From assembly GCA_016204695.1 (NCBI GenBank), contig JACQKD010000008.1, forward strand, positions 33,178-97,177: a stretch of 64,000 nucleotides of DNA. The letters are read 5' to 3'. The notes beneath the pieces were generated by a model that was not told the origin of the DNA, did no database searches, and worked only from the letters and a program-made list of their open reading frames with translations. Made by a program: the position numbers and the translations under genes. Shown one piece after another: positions 1 to 10,014 of the stretch (positions are counted from its first letter, which is position 1; the number at the start of each line of letters is the position of its first letter). This DNA comes from Candidatus Kaiserbacteria bacterium (GTDB taxonomy: Bacteria > Patescibacteriota > Minisyncoccia > Phycocordibacterales > UBA918).

Positions 1-515
1 TTTCGTTAGTGGAACTCATGGTCGTCATCGCGATTATGGCGGTGCTTTCCGCAGTCGTCCTTGCTCGTTACAAATCCTTCAATAGCACGATTCTTTTGCG
101 TAACCTCGCATACGAAATTGCCCTCTCGACCCGGGAGGCGCAGATGCTCGGCATAAGCGTGCAGGCGGCTCCGGCCGCAAGCAACCCTTTCGCCCACGCC
201 TATGGCGTACACTTCACTCCCGGTACGAGCTATACGCTCTTTCGCGATCTCGATGACGACAATCAATATGACACCGGTGAAGATGTGTCGGTATACCGGA
301 TCGGTCAGGGCAACTCGATCACAAGCGTATGTGCGGGGACAAATTGCGCCTTTGTTTCACTTGACGTGCTTTTCCGGCGGCCGGAACCAGACGCGCTCTT
401 TTATGTAAACGGCAGTCCTTTGAGTACAAGCTCGGTTCTGATACAAGCCGGCTCGCAGGACGGGAATATGCGCGCCGTGCGCATCTACCCGACCGGACAG
501 ATTGCTGTTGAGTGA
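1..515 (+). CDS. Type IV prepilin-like protein (5'-truncated by window)
   Basis: Frame reads (F)SLVELMVVIAIMAVLSAVVL from the window edge: class III signal peptide with Glu+5 and hydrophobic helix. Confidence 0.85.
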   Translation, partial: SLVELMVVIAIMAVLSAVVLARYKSFNSTILLRNLAYEIALSTREAQMLGISVQAAPAASNPFAHAYGVHFTPGTSYTLFRDLDDDNQYDTGEDVSVYRIGQGNSITSVCAGTNCAFVSLDVLFRRPEPDALFYVNGSPLSTSSVLIQAGSQDGNMRAVRIYPTGQIAVE

Positions 516-526
516 TATCCGATACT

Positions 527-1114
527 ATGAAATCGCAAACACGCAGACATCGTTCTCACACACACCTCCGGAGGGGCTTTTCGTTGATCGAGCTTTTGGT
601 TTCGGTCGCGCTCTTTGCGGTCGTTATGACGGCGAGCGTCGGTACGCTTCTGGCGCTCGTTGATGCCAACCAGAAGGCCCAAAGCCTCAAAGCGGTCATC
701 AATAATCTGCAGTTCGCTCTCGACAGTATGGCGCGTACGATCCGGACCGGACGTCTGTATCATTGTACCAATGCCGTTCCGCCGACCTTGCCGACCGGCA
801 CCAACGATTGTGCGGCGGGCGCCAGCGCAATTGTCTTGACCGACGACCATGGTAATCGGCTCGCGTACCGCTACAACAGCTCGACTCATGCGCTTGAGCG
901 TCGGGATATCAACAGCGGTTCCAGTTGGATTGCGCTCACGGCGCCGCAGGTGGTGGTCGAAGACGCAGTCTTTTACGTGACGGGGACACCGACGACAGAT
1001 GGTATACAACCGACCGCGACGATGCAGATTAAAGGATCCGCCGGTCCGAATCCGGATACCGATTCGGCCTTCAGTATAGAGGTGACTGTAACCCAGCGGG
1101 TACTCGATCAATAA
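527..1114 (+). CDS. Type IV minor prepilin (PilW/PulJ-like)
   Basis: Basic leader then RRG|FSLIELLVSVALF; ATG at 527 preferred over GTG at 512. Confidence 0.85.
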   Translation: MKSQTRRHRSHTHLRRGFSLIELLVSVALFAVVMTASVGTLLALVDANQKAQSLKAVINNLQFALDSMARTIRTGRLYHCTNAVPPTLPTGTNDCAAGASAIVLTDDHGNRLAYRYNSSTHALERRDINSGSSWIALTAPQVVVEDAVFYVTGTPTTDGIQPTATMQIKGSAGPNPDTDSAFSIEVTVTQRVLDQ

Positions 1115-1115
1115 T

Positions 1116-1835
1116 ATGAGGCATATGCTTAAAACCTTTCTGAAAAGAAATCCTCGCTCCTTACAGGAGCAGTACATCTTGCGGCTCTTTTATTTTGCTT
1201 CGCTCATAAAACAGCTCGCAAGATCTTCTGTAGCTCCAAGTATTCGCTTCAGAACCTCGCATCTGGAGCTTTTCAGAAAGGTTTTAAGGCTGAAAAGGGA
1301 TCGTGGAGTGGGGTTGCAGGGCGGCTTCTCGTTGATCGAGGCGTTAGTCGCCATAAGTATCTTGCTCGTCGCCATCGCCGGCCCCATGACGATTGCCGCT
1401 CGCGGTCTGCAAACGGCGTTCTACGCCCGTGAGCAGGTCACCGGATTCTCTCTCGCACAGGAAGGAGTGGAATTGGTACGGGCGTGGCGTGACGGCAATG
1501 CGCTTCTCGGCGCACCATGGCTCGCCGGGCTTCCCGGGGTTTGCACATCGAACAGTCATGGTTGCGGTATAGATGCGCGTGCCAGCGGAGTCGTCAATTG
1601 CAATGTGCCCAACAACTGCAGACTCAATTATGACGAGGGAGATCGTGGTTTCTATACCCACGCCGCCGGCGCCCCCACGCCGTTTATTCGTCGTATTTGG
1701 ATAGATCCGGTGTCGGGGCCGGGTGGCAACGAAGCTGAAGTGGTCGTGGAGGTTTCGTGGGAAAGCGGATTTTTTGCGAGTGAAAGAAACGTAACGGTGC
1801 GATCTCGTATTTTCAACCAGTATGACAACATTTAA
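1116..1835 (+). CDS. Type IV minor prepilin (PilV-like) with a repeat-derived long leader
   Basis: GG|FSLIEALVAISILL motif; ATG lies 1 nt after the upstream stop; start could alternatively be GTG near 1308. Confidence 0.8.
   Translation: MRHMLKTFLKRNPRSLQEQYILRLFYFASLIKQLARSSVAPSIRFRTSHLELFRKVLRLKRDRGVGLQGGFSLIEALVAISILLVAIAGPMTIAARGLQTAFYAREQVTGFSLAQEGVELVRAWRDGNALLGAPWLAGLPGVCTSNSHGCGIDARASGVVNCNVPNNCRLNYDEGDRGFYTHAAGAPTPFIRRIWIDPVSGPGGNEAEVVVEVSWESGFFASERNVTVRSRIFNQYDNI
1128..1288. mobile_element. MITE-like palindromic element inside prepilin leader
   Basis: Perfect 20-bp inverted repeat CTTAAAACCTTTCTGAAAAG (1128-1147) / CTTTTCAGAAAGGTTTTAAG (1269-1288) enclosing a family A core. Confidence 0.75.
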
Positions 1836-2451
1836 TACGCGAAAAAAAGTTCGTGACAATGAGGCAAACGCAGGCTTTGTCCCTTACAGGGACTGTACGC
1901 CTTGCGGCTGTTTTGTTTCGCGTTGCTCACAAAACAGCTCGCAAGGACCGACAAAGCCATCCCATGGCTTTGTCCTTTTGGTGACCATTCTCATTGTAGG
2001 CATTGTGCTTGCAATCGGCATTTCGATTCTGACGATTACGCTCAAAGAATATATCCTCTCGGGTATCGCGCGCGAGTCGACGATAGCGCTCAATGCGGCC
2101 GATGCGGGCATGGAGTGCGCGTTCTACTGGGACCGCTCCAGTCAGGGGAACAAGTTCGACGTGGGCGCGGGTGCGAATAGCATCACGTGCATGGGTCAGA
2201 CAAAAAATACGGGTGGCGGGGCGAGCGGCACCGCGCAGGAGTTTCAATTCGAATGGGGAAGTCCGCTCGTGTGCGCCAAGATCAGCGTGACGAAATACTT
2301 CAGTACGGCAGGCCCGGTCGATATGGGGGGCAACCGCATCTGCCCCATGGGTGTCGAATGTACGCGGACCGTATCGCTTGGCTATAACAGAGGATGCAAC
2401 CAGCTCTCCGATCCGCGCGCCGTCGAACGAGGTCTGCGCGCTCTCTATTAG
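1822..2451 (+). CDS. PilX-like minor pilin
   Basis: G|FVLLVTILIVGIVLAIGISI without Glu+5, then ALNAADAGMECA; last gene of the pilin cluster. Confidence 0.75.
   Translation: MTTFNTRKKVRDNEANAGFVPYRDCTPCGCFVSRCSQNSSQGPTKPSHGFVLLVTILIVGIVLAIGISILTITLKEYILSGIARESTIALNAADAGMECAFYWDRSSQGNKFDVGAGANSITCMGQTKNTGGGASGTAQEFQFEWGSPLVCAKISVTKYFSTAGPVDMGGNRICPMGVECTRTVSLGYNRGCNQLSDPRAVERGLRALY
1882..1975 (+). repeat. Family A palindromic repeat, in-frame in PilX-like leader
   Basis: CCTTACAGG..TGTAC.CCTTGCGGCT..AAAACAGCTCGCAAGG; GGCTTTGTCC direct repeats at 1873 and 1966, 93 nt apart. Confidence 0.8.
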
Positions 2452-2478
2452 TGTTATGGAGTCGTCGGTGACTCCACC

Positions 2479-4761
<2,283 letters not shown>

Positions 4762-4796
4762 GATGCGCGAACAGTTGTTTGTGCTATGATGCGCGC

Positions 4797-5090
4797 ATGG
4801 AAATTTCCGAGATACAGCACCTTGCGGCGCTTGCCCGCATCCGGCTCACCGACGAGGAGGCCGGTGCGTTTGCGGCCGAGTGCGACAGTATTCTTGCGTA
4901 TGTTGCGCAGGTGAAGGAGATATCGACCGGCGGCTCCGCCGCGCCTTCGGCGGGAGCGCATAAAAACGTCTTGCGTGAGGACGTAGAGACCACTGAACCC
5001 GAAGCGTATGCGGAGGCGCTTCTTGCCGCCGCTCCCGATCGGGATGGTCGGTATCTGCGAGTGAAGAAGATCCTCGGAGAAACGCCCTAA
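4797..5090 (+). CDS. gatC: Asp/Glu-tRNA amidotransferase subunit C
   Basis: EIQHLAALARIRL..NVLRED..YLRVKKIL, directly upstream of gatA. Confidence 0.9.
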   Translation: MEISEIQHLAALARIRLTDEEAGAFAAECDSILAYVAQVKEISTGGSAAPSAGAHKNVLREDVETTEPEAYAEALLAAAPDRDGRYLRVKKILGETP

Positions 5091-5097
5091 CTTTGTC

Positions 5098-6534
5098 ATG
5101 TCTCCCCAAACAAGCAACAAGCCGCAGACTATCGTCGACCGTATCCGCGCGTATCGGCAAGGAGACACCCTGCCGAGCGTGGTGCTCGCCGCATATCTTG
5201 AGACGACGCGTTCTCGCGAGCCGGAAGTGCATGCGTACATCGATATCTTTGAAGATGTCGCCTCGCAAGCAGAACGCGCCGATGATCTCGTTAAAGAAGG
5301 CCGCTTCGAGGGTATGCCGCTTCTCGGCATACCCCTTGCGACCAAGAGCAACATTCTCATCAAAGGCAAGCGCGCAACCGCATGCTCGAAAATGCTCGAA
5401 AACTACATCGCGCCATACGATGCGACTGTCATTGAGCGTCTGCGAAAGGCGGGAGCGATATTTGTCGGCTCCACCAACATGGACGAGTTCGCGATGGGTT
5501 CTTCGACCGAAAAATCCTACTTCGGCCCGACACATAACCCTCACGATCTTGCGCGCGTTCCCGGCGGCACCTCCGGTGGCTCGGCCGCGGCGGTCGCAAT
5601 GGAGAGCGTGCCGGGAGCGATCGGTACCGACACCGGCGGCTCGGTGCGACAACCGGCGAGCTTCTGCGGCATCGTGGGACTGAAGCCCACCTACGGTGCG
5701 GTCTCACGGTATGGCGTTATCGCAATGGGTTCCTCGCTCGATCAGGTCGGACCGCTCGCGCATACCGTCGCGGATGCGGAAATACTCTACGATGTCATAC
5801 GTGGCGTCGATCCGTACGATTCGACCACATATCCGGATGGCGTGTATCCTGTCGTTGATACCAAGGATACATACCACATCGGCGTACCGCGTGATTTTCT
5901 TCGGAAGGGAATCGACCCGGACGTACTCGCGCGATTCGAAGCGTCGCTTGAAGCGCTTGCAAAGGCGGGTCATACGATCGTCGACATCTCTCTCCCGTAT
6001 ATGGAAAAAGGACTTGCCGCCTACTACATCACGGTGTTTGCCGAGATCTCGTCGAATCTCGCGCGATACGACGGCATGCGGTACGGTCTCCATGTGCCGG
6101 GAAAAGATCTGCTTTGCGATTATCTCGAAACGCGCCGGGAAGGATTCGGAAAAGAAGTCCGACGCCGTATCCTGCTTGGCGCCTACGTGCTTTCCTCCGG
6201 ATACTACGATGCCTATTATCGAAAAGCGGAGATTGTCCGCACTCTCATGCGGGAAGAGCTTGCCGCCGCATATCGCGATGTCGATATCATTGTTACTCCG
6301 ACTGTTCCGACTCCCGCGTACAAGATCGGTGAAAAAGAAGATCCGCTCTCGATGTATCTCGGCGACATATATACGGTGCCGGTAAATCTCACCGGCGTGC
6401 CCGCGCTTTCAGTCCCCATGGGGACGGTGGATCGCGACGGCAAATCGCTTCCGGTTGGTATACAATTCATAGGACCGCATGCCGGGGAAGCGCGTCTCTT
6501 TGATATCGGCAAGCGCTTCCAGGGGGAGCAATAG
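5098..6534 (+). CDS. gatA: Asp/Glu-tRNA amidotransferase subunit A
   Basis: Amidase signature GGTSGGSAAA, GTDTGGSVRQPA, SSNLARYDG, EVRRRILLG. Confidence 0.97.
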   Translation: MSPQTSNKPQTIVDRIRAYRQGDTLPSVVLAAYLETTRSREPEVHAYIDIFEDVASQAERADDLVKEGRFEGMPLLGIPLATKSNILIKGKRATACSKMLENYIAPYDATVIERLRKAGAIFVGSTNMDEFAMGSSTEKSYFGPTHNPHDLARVPGGTSGGSAAAVAMESVPGAIGTDTGGSVRQPASFCGIVGLKPTYGAVSRYGVIAMGSSLDQVGPLAHTVADAEILYDVIRGVDPYDSTTYPDGVYPVVDTKDTYHIGVPRDFLRKGIDPDVLARFEASLEALAKAGHTIVDISLPYMEKGLAAYYITVFAEISSNLARYDGMRYGLHVPGKDLLCDYLETRREGFGKEVRRRILLGAYVLSSGYYDAYYRKAEIVRTLMREELAAAYRDVDIIVTPTVPTPAYKIGEKEDPLSMYLGDIYTVPVNLTGVPALSVPMGTVDRDGKSLPVGIQFIGPHAGEARLFDIGKRFQGEQ

Positions 6535-6558
6535 AAGGAGTATTTTTCAAACATATTC

Positions 6559-7158
6559 ATGGCTCCACAGCACGACACGTCTTCATTTCTCCAGCTCAAT
6601 CTATTGGACTGGGTGGCAAAATTTCTTGACGGACTTTTCGGCAATACCAACGATCCGCAGTCGTTCTACCAGACGGCTTCCGATTGGTGGTACATCTTTT
6701 CCATAGCATCCTTTGCGTTCTCCGCGCTCCTGCTTCTCGGTATTGTCTATTCGATGATTCGTTTTTCCCAGCTTGCCGAAGATGAACAGGGGCTGTTGCG
6801 TGACGCCGAACACGCATACAGGACCGCTCATGCCGCCGCGAGCGACAATACCCAATGGCCGCAGATTCTCGCCCATGTCTCGTCGGACGATCCCAACAAC
6901 TGGCGTCTGGCTATCATCGAGGCGGATATCATGCTCGACGAACTGCTTGACCGCTTGGGCTACCAAGGCGCGTCGATCGGCGACAGGTTGAAGACCGTTG
7001 ACCCCCACTCATTCCATTCGATAGAAGATGCGTGGGAGGCGCATAAAATCCGCAACGCGATCGCGCATCGCGGCTCCGACTTCGTGCTCACCAAACGCGC
7101 CGCGCAGGAAGCGATCGCCCGCTACCAGCACGTCTTCGAAGAATTCAAATTTATATAG
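6559..7158 (+). CDS. Conserved membrane-anchored hypothetical protein
   Basis: One TM helix then WRLAIIEAD..AWEAHKIRNAIAH (RxxxxH, HEPN-like). Confidence 0.7.
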   Translation: MAPQHDTSSFLQLNLLDWVAKFLDGLFGNTNDPQSFYQTASDWWYIFSIASFAFSALLLLGIVYSMIRFSQLAEDEQGLLRDAEHAYRTAHAAASDNTQWPQILAHVSSDDPNNWRLAIIEADIMLDELLDRLGYQGASIGDRLKTVDPHSFHSIEDAWEAHKIRNAIAHRGSDFVLTKRAAQEAIARYQHVFEEFKFI

Positions 7159-7283
7159 AAACCGTCTAAAAATCCCATCTGCGTTGTTGCGTTCGTCGCT
7201 CGGAATCTCATCGCATGTTTATATATGCCTCGATTCCTCACCCCTCCGCGCCTAGCATCTGGAGCTTTTCAGACTGGTTTCTG
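7156..7283. mobile_element. Family B MITE-like element
   Basis: Imperfect terminal IR TAGAAACCGTCTAAAAA / TTTTCAGACTGGTTTCTG; core CATCTGCGTTGTTGCG..CCGCGCCTAGCATCTG. Confidence 0.7.
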
Positions 7284-7345
7284 GTTTCTTACGACATATC
7301 TTCTTGCGAAGAGGTTATTTTTGTCATACTATTTGCCCCATACGT

Positions 7346-7416
7346 AGCGGGGTGGAGGAGAGGTACCTCGGGAGGCTCATAACCTCCAGGCCCGGGTTCG
7401 ATTCCCGGCCCCGCAA
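7346..7416 (+). tRNA. tRNA-fMet (CAT), initiator
   Basis: Cloverleaf with 1:72 mismatch, A11:U24, anticodon arm GGAGG-CTCATAA-CCTCC, GTTCGATTC T-loop; CCA not encoded. Confidence 0.9.
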
Positions 7417-7429
7417 CAAGGGAAAAGAA

Positions 7430-7476
7430 GCAAAATCACAAAGCCCCGGACGTAGTCCGGGGCTTTGTGATTTTGC
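7430..7476. terminator. Long perfect hairpin after tRNA-fMet
   Basis: GCAAAATCACAAAGCCCCGGAC-GTA-GTCCGGGGCTTTGTGATTTTGC (22-bp stem). Confidence 0.65.
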
Positions 7477-7488
7477 ATACTCGTGCAT

Positions 7489-8055
7489 ATGAACAGAAAG
7501 ATAGTCCTCGCCTCGACATCGGCCCGGCGGAAAGAACTGCTTGAGAGGGTGGGTCTTGTGTTTGAGGTGGTTGGGAGCGACTACGAAGAGGACATGACGC
7601 TTGTTTTGTCCCCTGCGGAGCTTGCGAAATACCTCTCTCAAGGCAAGGCCGAAGCGGTGGCGCAGAAGTACCCGGATGCCATCGTGATTGCGGCCGACAC
7701 GTTCATCTGCTACGAAGGAAAAATACTTGGCAAGCCGTATACTCCTGAAAAAGCGCGAGAGACGCTTCATACCTTAAGCGGCAAAGCACACTCGGTCATT
7801 ACCGGCTTTACCATCGTCGAAACCAAAACCGGTGAATCGATTTCAGAGGCAGTTGAGACAAAAGTGTATTTCAGAGATTTGAGTGACCAAGAGATCGACG
7901 ACTATATTGCGACTGGCGAGCCGCTCGAGAGAGCAGGGGCCTACGCGATCCAAGGTATCGGCAAGGACCTCGTCGATCATGTTGAGGGTGACTACGACAA
8001 CGTAGTCGGACTTCCTGTTGCCGCCGTGCTACACGCGTTAAAAGATTTTGAGTAG
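7489..8055 (+). CDS. maf: Maf family nucleoside triphosphate pyrophosphatase
   Basis: IVLASTSARRKELL, IAADT, ILGKP, AGAYAIQG, NVVGLP. Confidence 0.93.
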   Translation: MNRKIVLASTSARRKELLERVGLVFEVVGSDYEEDMTLVLSPAELAKYLSQGKAEAVAQKYPDAIVIAADTFICYEGKILGKPYTPEKARETLHTLSGKAHSVITGFTIVETKTGESISEAVETKVYFRDLSDQEIDDYIATGEPLERAGAYAIQGIGKDLVDHVEGDYDNVVGLPVAAVLHALKDFE

Positions 8056-8175
8056 CATTTGAAGCAAGGTCATCAGAATGGTATTCTGACCCTGCATTTG
8101 TCGGCTGTAAGGGAACCTTGCGCCGACTGCGTTCGCAGATATGATGAAAGCGAGCTTTCATCATCCCGCTCACTT

Positions 8176-8249
8176 GTCGGCGTAGCTCAGCTGGTTAGAG
8201 CATCTCACTCATAAAGAGAAGGTCGGAGGTTCAAATCCTCCCGTCGACA
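8176..8249 (+). tRNA. tRNA with CAT anticodon (elongator Met or Ile2)
   Basis: GTCGGCG/CGTCGAC acceptor, TAGCTCAGCTGGTTAGAGC D-arm, CTCATAA loop, GGTTCAAATCC T-arm. Confidence 0.9.
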
Positions 8250-8331
8250 CACTGTTTTTGAACAGTTAACCGGTATACTCTGATTGGAGCCGTGGTACTT
8301 TCGCATATCAAAAGAGAAAGGGGTGTGAGTC

Positions 8332-9099
8332 GTGAATGTATGGATTGCTTCGTTACGTTTGCCTATCTGCCTATTGGCCAGCTTGCTGGCGATAGCCAGC
8401 TTCAGGACAGTCGGTTTTCGCATACCATGGGACGTAGTCGTAGCGGTATGTTGCATCGCCATAGCGGCCATGTTACAGAACGACTGGCGTGACCGGTATC
8501 ACGACATTCGCAAGCACAAAGTGGTGGCATCAGAACATCCGAGAGCGTTCTGTGGGTTAGTGCTTGCGTTTTGGGCTGGCTGCATTGTCCTGATTACTCT
8601 CGTTACGACCGGCAATACCAAAGCCGGTTTTGTACTTGCGGTACTTGCGCTGGCCGGTGCGCTCTATTCTGAAACACGCAAGATTTTGTTCATCCCAATC
8701 ACCTTGGTGTCTGCCGTGTCGGCAACCCCTGCACTTCTGCCAATGGCGTACGGCGCGACTCGGGGGAAACCGTTGCTACTGTTCTTGTCAGCCGCTTTGA
8801 TTATCTTCGGCAGAGAACTGACCAAGGATCTTGAGGATATGTATATCGACAAGGGATACAAGTTGACTATCCCGCTTGTGGCGGGGGAGCGGGAGTCGCG
8901 TGTTCTAGCCGCCGTAGCAATCGTCACAGGACTGATTGCCGGAGCAACAGTATCCTTATCTGTCGTGTTACCGGCCACTATTGTGCTTGTTGCGCTCATT
9001 CGGCTCCTCTCTGGCGAGGATCCGCGTAGGAGCAGGAAGCTACTTGACGGTGGAGTAGCATTTATTATCCTGATACTCATTATCACGGGAGGTGGATAA
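8332..9099 (+). CDS. UbiA-family membrane prenyltransferase
   Basis: Multi-TM with Asp-rich motifs NDWRDRYHD and RELTKDLEDMYID. Confidence 0.75.
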   Translation: MNVWIASLRLPICLLASLLAIASFRTVGFRIPWDVVVAVCCIAIAAMLQNDWRDRYHDIRKHKVVASEHPRAFCGLVLAFWAGCIVLITLVTTGNTKAGFVLAVLALAGALYSETRKILFIPITLVSAVSATPALLPMAYGATRGKPLLLFLSAALIIFGRELTKDLEDMYIDKGYKLTIPLVAGERESRVLAAVAIVTGLIAGATVSLSVVLPATIVLVALIRLLSGEDPRRSRKLLDGGVAFIILILIITGGG

Positions 9100-9127
9100 G
9101 GCCTTGTTGCACAAGGCCTTCTTCTTT
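9099..9127 (+). terminator. Intrinsic terminator
   Basis: AGGCCTTGT-TGC-ACAAGGCCT followed by TCTTCTTT. Confidence 0.6.
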
Positions 9128-9159
9128 GTAACATTTCTATGCGGTATACTATGGAGACC

Positions 9160-9246
9160 ATGGAAGGAAGTTCGGTGATATTTGTGCTCATATTTACATT
9201 CCTGATCGGTGCGGGGTTCGGCTTTTATTTGTGCACGATCTTCTGA
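9160..9246 (+). CDS. Putative small single-TM protein (28 aa)
   Basis: MEGSSVIFVLIFTFLIGAGFGFYLCTIF*, downstream of TATACT (9145-9150), ends 15 nt before mscL. Confidence 0.45.
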   Translation: MEGSSVIFVLIFTFLIGAGFGFYLCTIF

Positions 9247-9261
9247 TCACCCGGTACTGCT

Positions 9262-9666
9262 ATGAAACAGGGATTTCTTGCCGAATTTAAGACGTTCGTT
9301 CTTCGGGGCAATGTCGTGGATCTCGCTGTGGCGGTCGTGATGGGGACCGCCTTCAACAAGATCGTCTCTTCGCTTGTCGAGACGGTCATCATGCCGGCAG
9401 TGAGTATGCTGTTCGGTATCGTCGATCTCTCGAGCTGGGCATTCGAGGCCGACGGAATATCCATTCGCTACGGCATCTTTTTGCAAAGCATTGTCGACTT
9501 CATACTTATCGCACTTGCCATATTCGTTGCGATCAAAGTGATGAACCGTCTCAAACACAGGCAAGAAAACGAACCGGAAACATTGCCGCCGCCACCCGAA
9601 GATATCCAGCTTTTGCGCGAAATCCGTGATATTCTCAACAAAAGGCCCGATAGTGATTTTTCTTGA
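9262..9666 (+). CDS. mscL: Large-conductance mechanosensitive channel
   Basis: EFKTFVLRGNVVDLAVAVVMGTAF..LLREIRDIL. Confidence 0.96.
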   Translation: MKQGFLAEFKTFVLRGNVVDLAVAVVMGTAFNKIVSSLVETVIMPAVSMLFGIVDLSSWAFEADGISIRYGIFLQSIVDFILIALAIFVAIKVMNRLKHRQENEPETLPPPPEDIQLLREIRDILNKRPDSDFS

Positions 9667-9694
9667 CACTATTTTGACAATCTGCCCGAATTTC

Positions 9695-9703
9695 TTATCC
9701 ACA
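9695..9703 (+). promoter_or_regulatory. Consensus DnaA box upstream of nrdAB
   Basis: TTATCCACA in the mscL-nrdA intergenic region. Confidence 0.5.
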
Positions 9704-10014
9704 GTGGCGGTCCAAGAGAGTTGTGACATTTCTTTTCAGAAATCCGCGAAACGAGAACGCGATTCGGCACCTGGGAACGTACGCGGAAAGTTGCCCTCGC
9801 GTGCAATCGGCATATCTGTGGTAAAATCGATCTAACACACGAGCTTGTGGTGTGCTTGCGGGTCCGGTTCTTCTGCTTCCTATAGATACGTGCACCAAGA
9901 GAGTTGCATGGCTCTCTCTTCGACTCTCACCGCCTTAGTGTGAGACGGTCGACACTGAAGGGAATCCGGAGGGAGGGGGAGAATCGGGCATTTATATATC
10001 GTAATTGCGTCGGT

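Noticed and set aside
9955-9985. Cobalamin riboswitch before nrdA (AGGGAATCCGG)
   Set aside because: No GCCACTG or B12-box elements follow; the match is too short.
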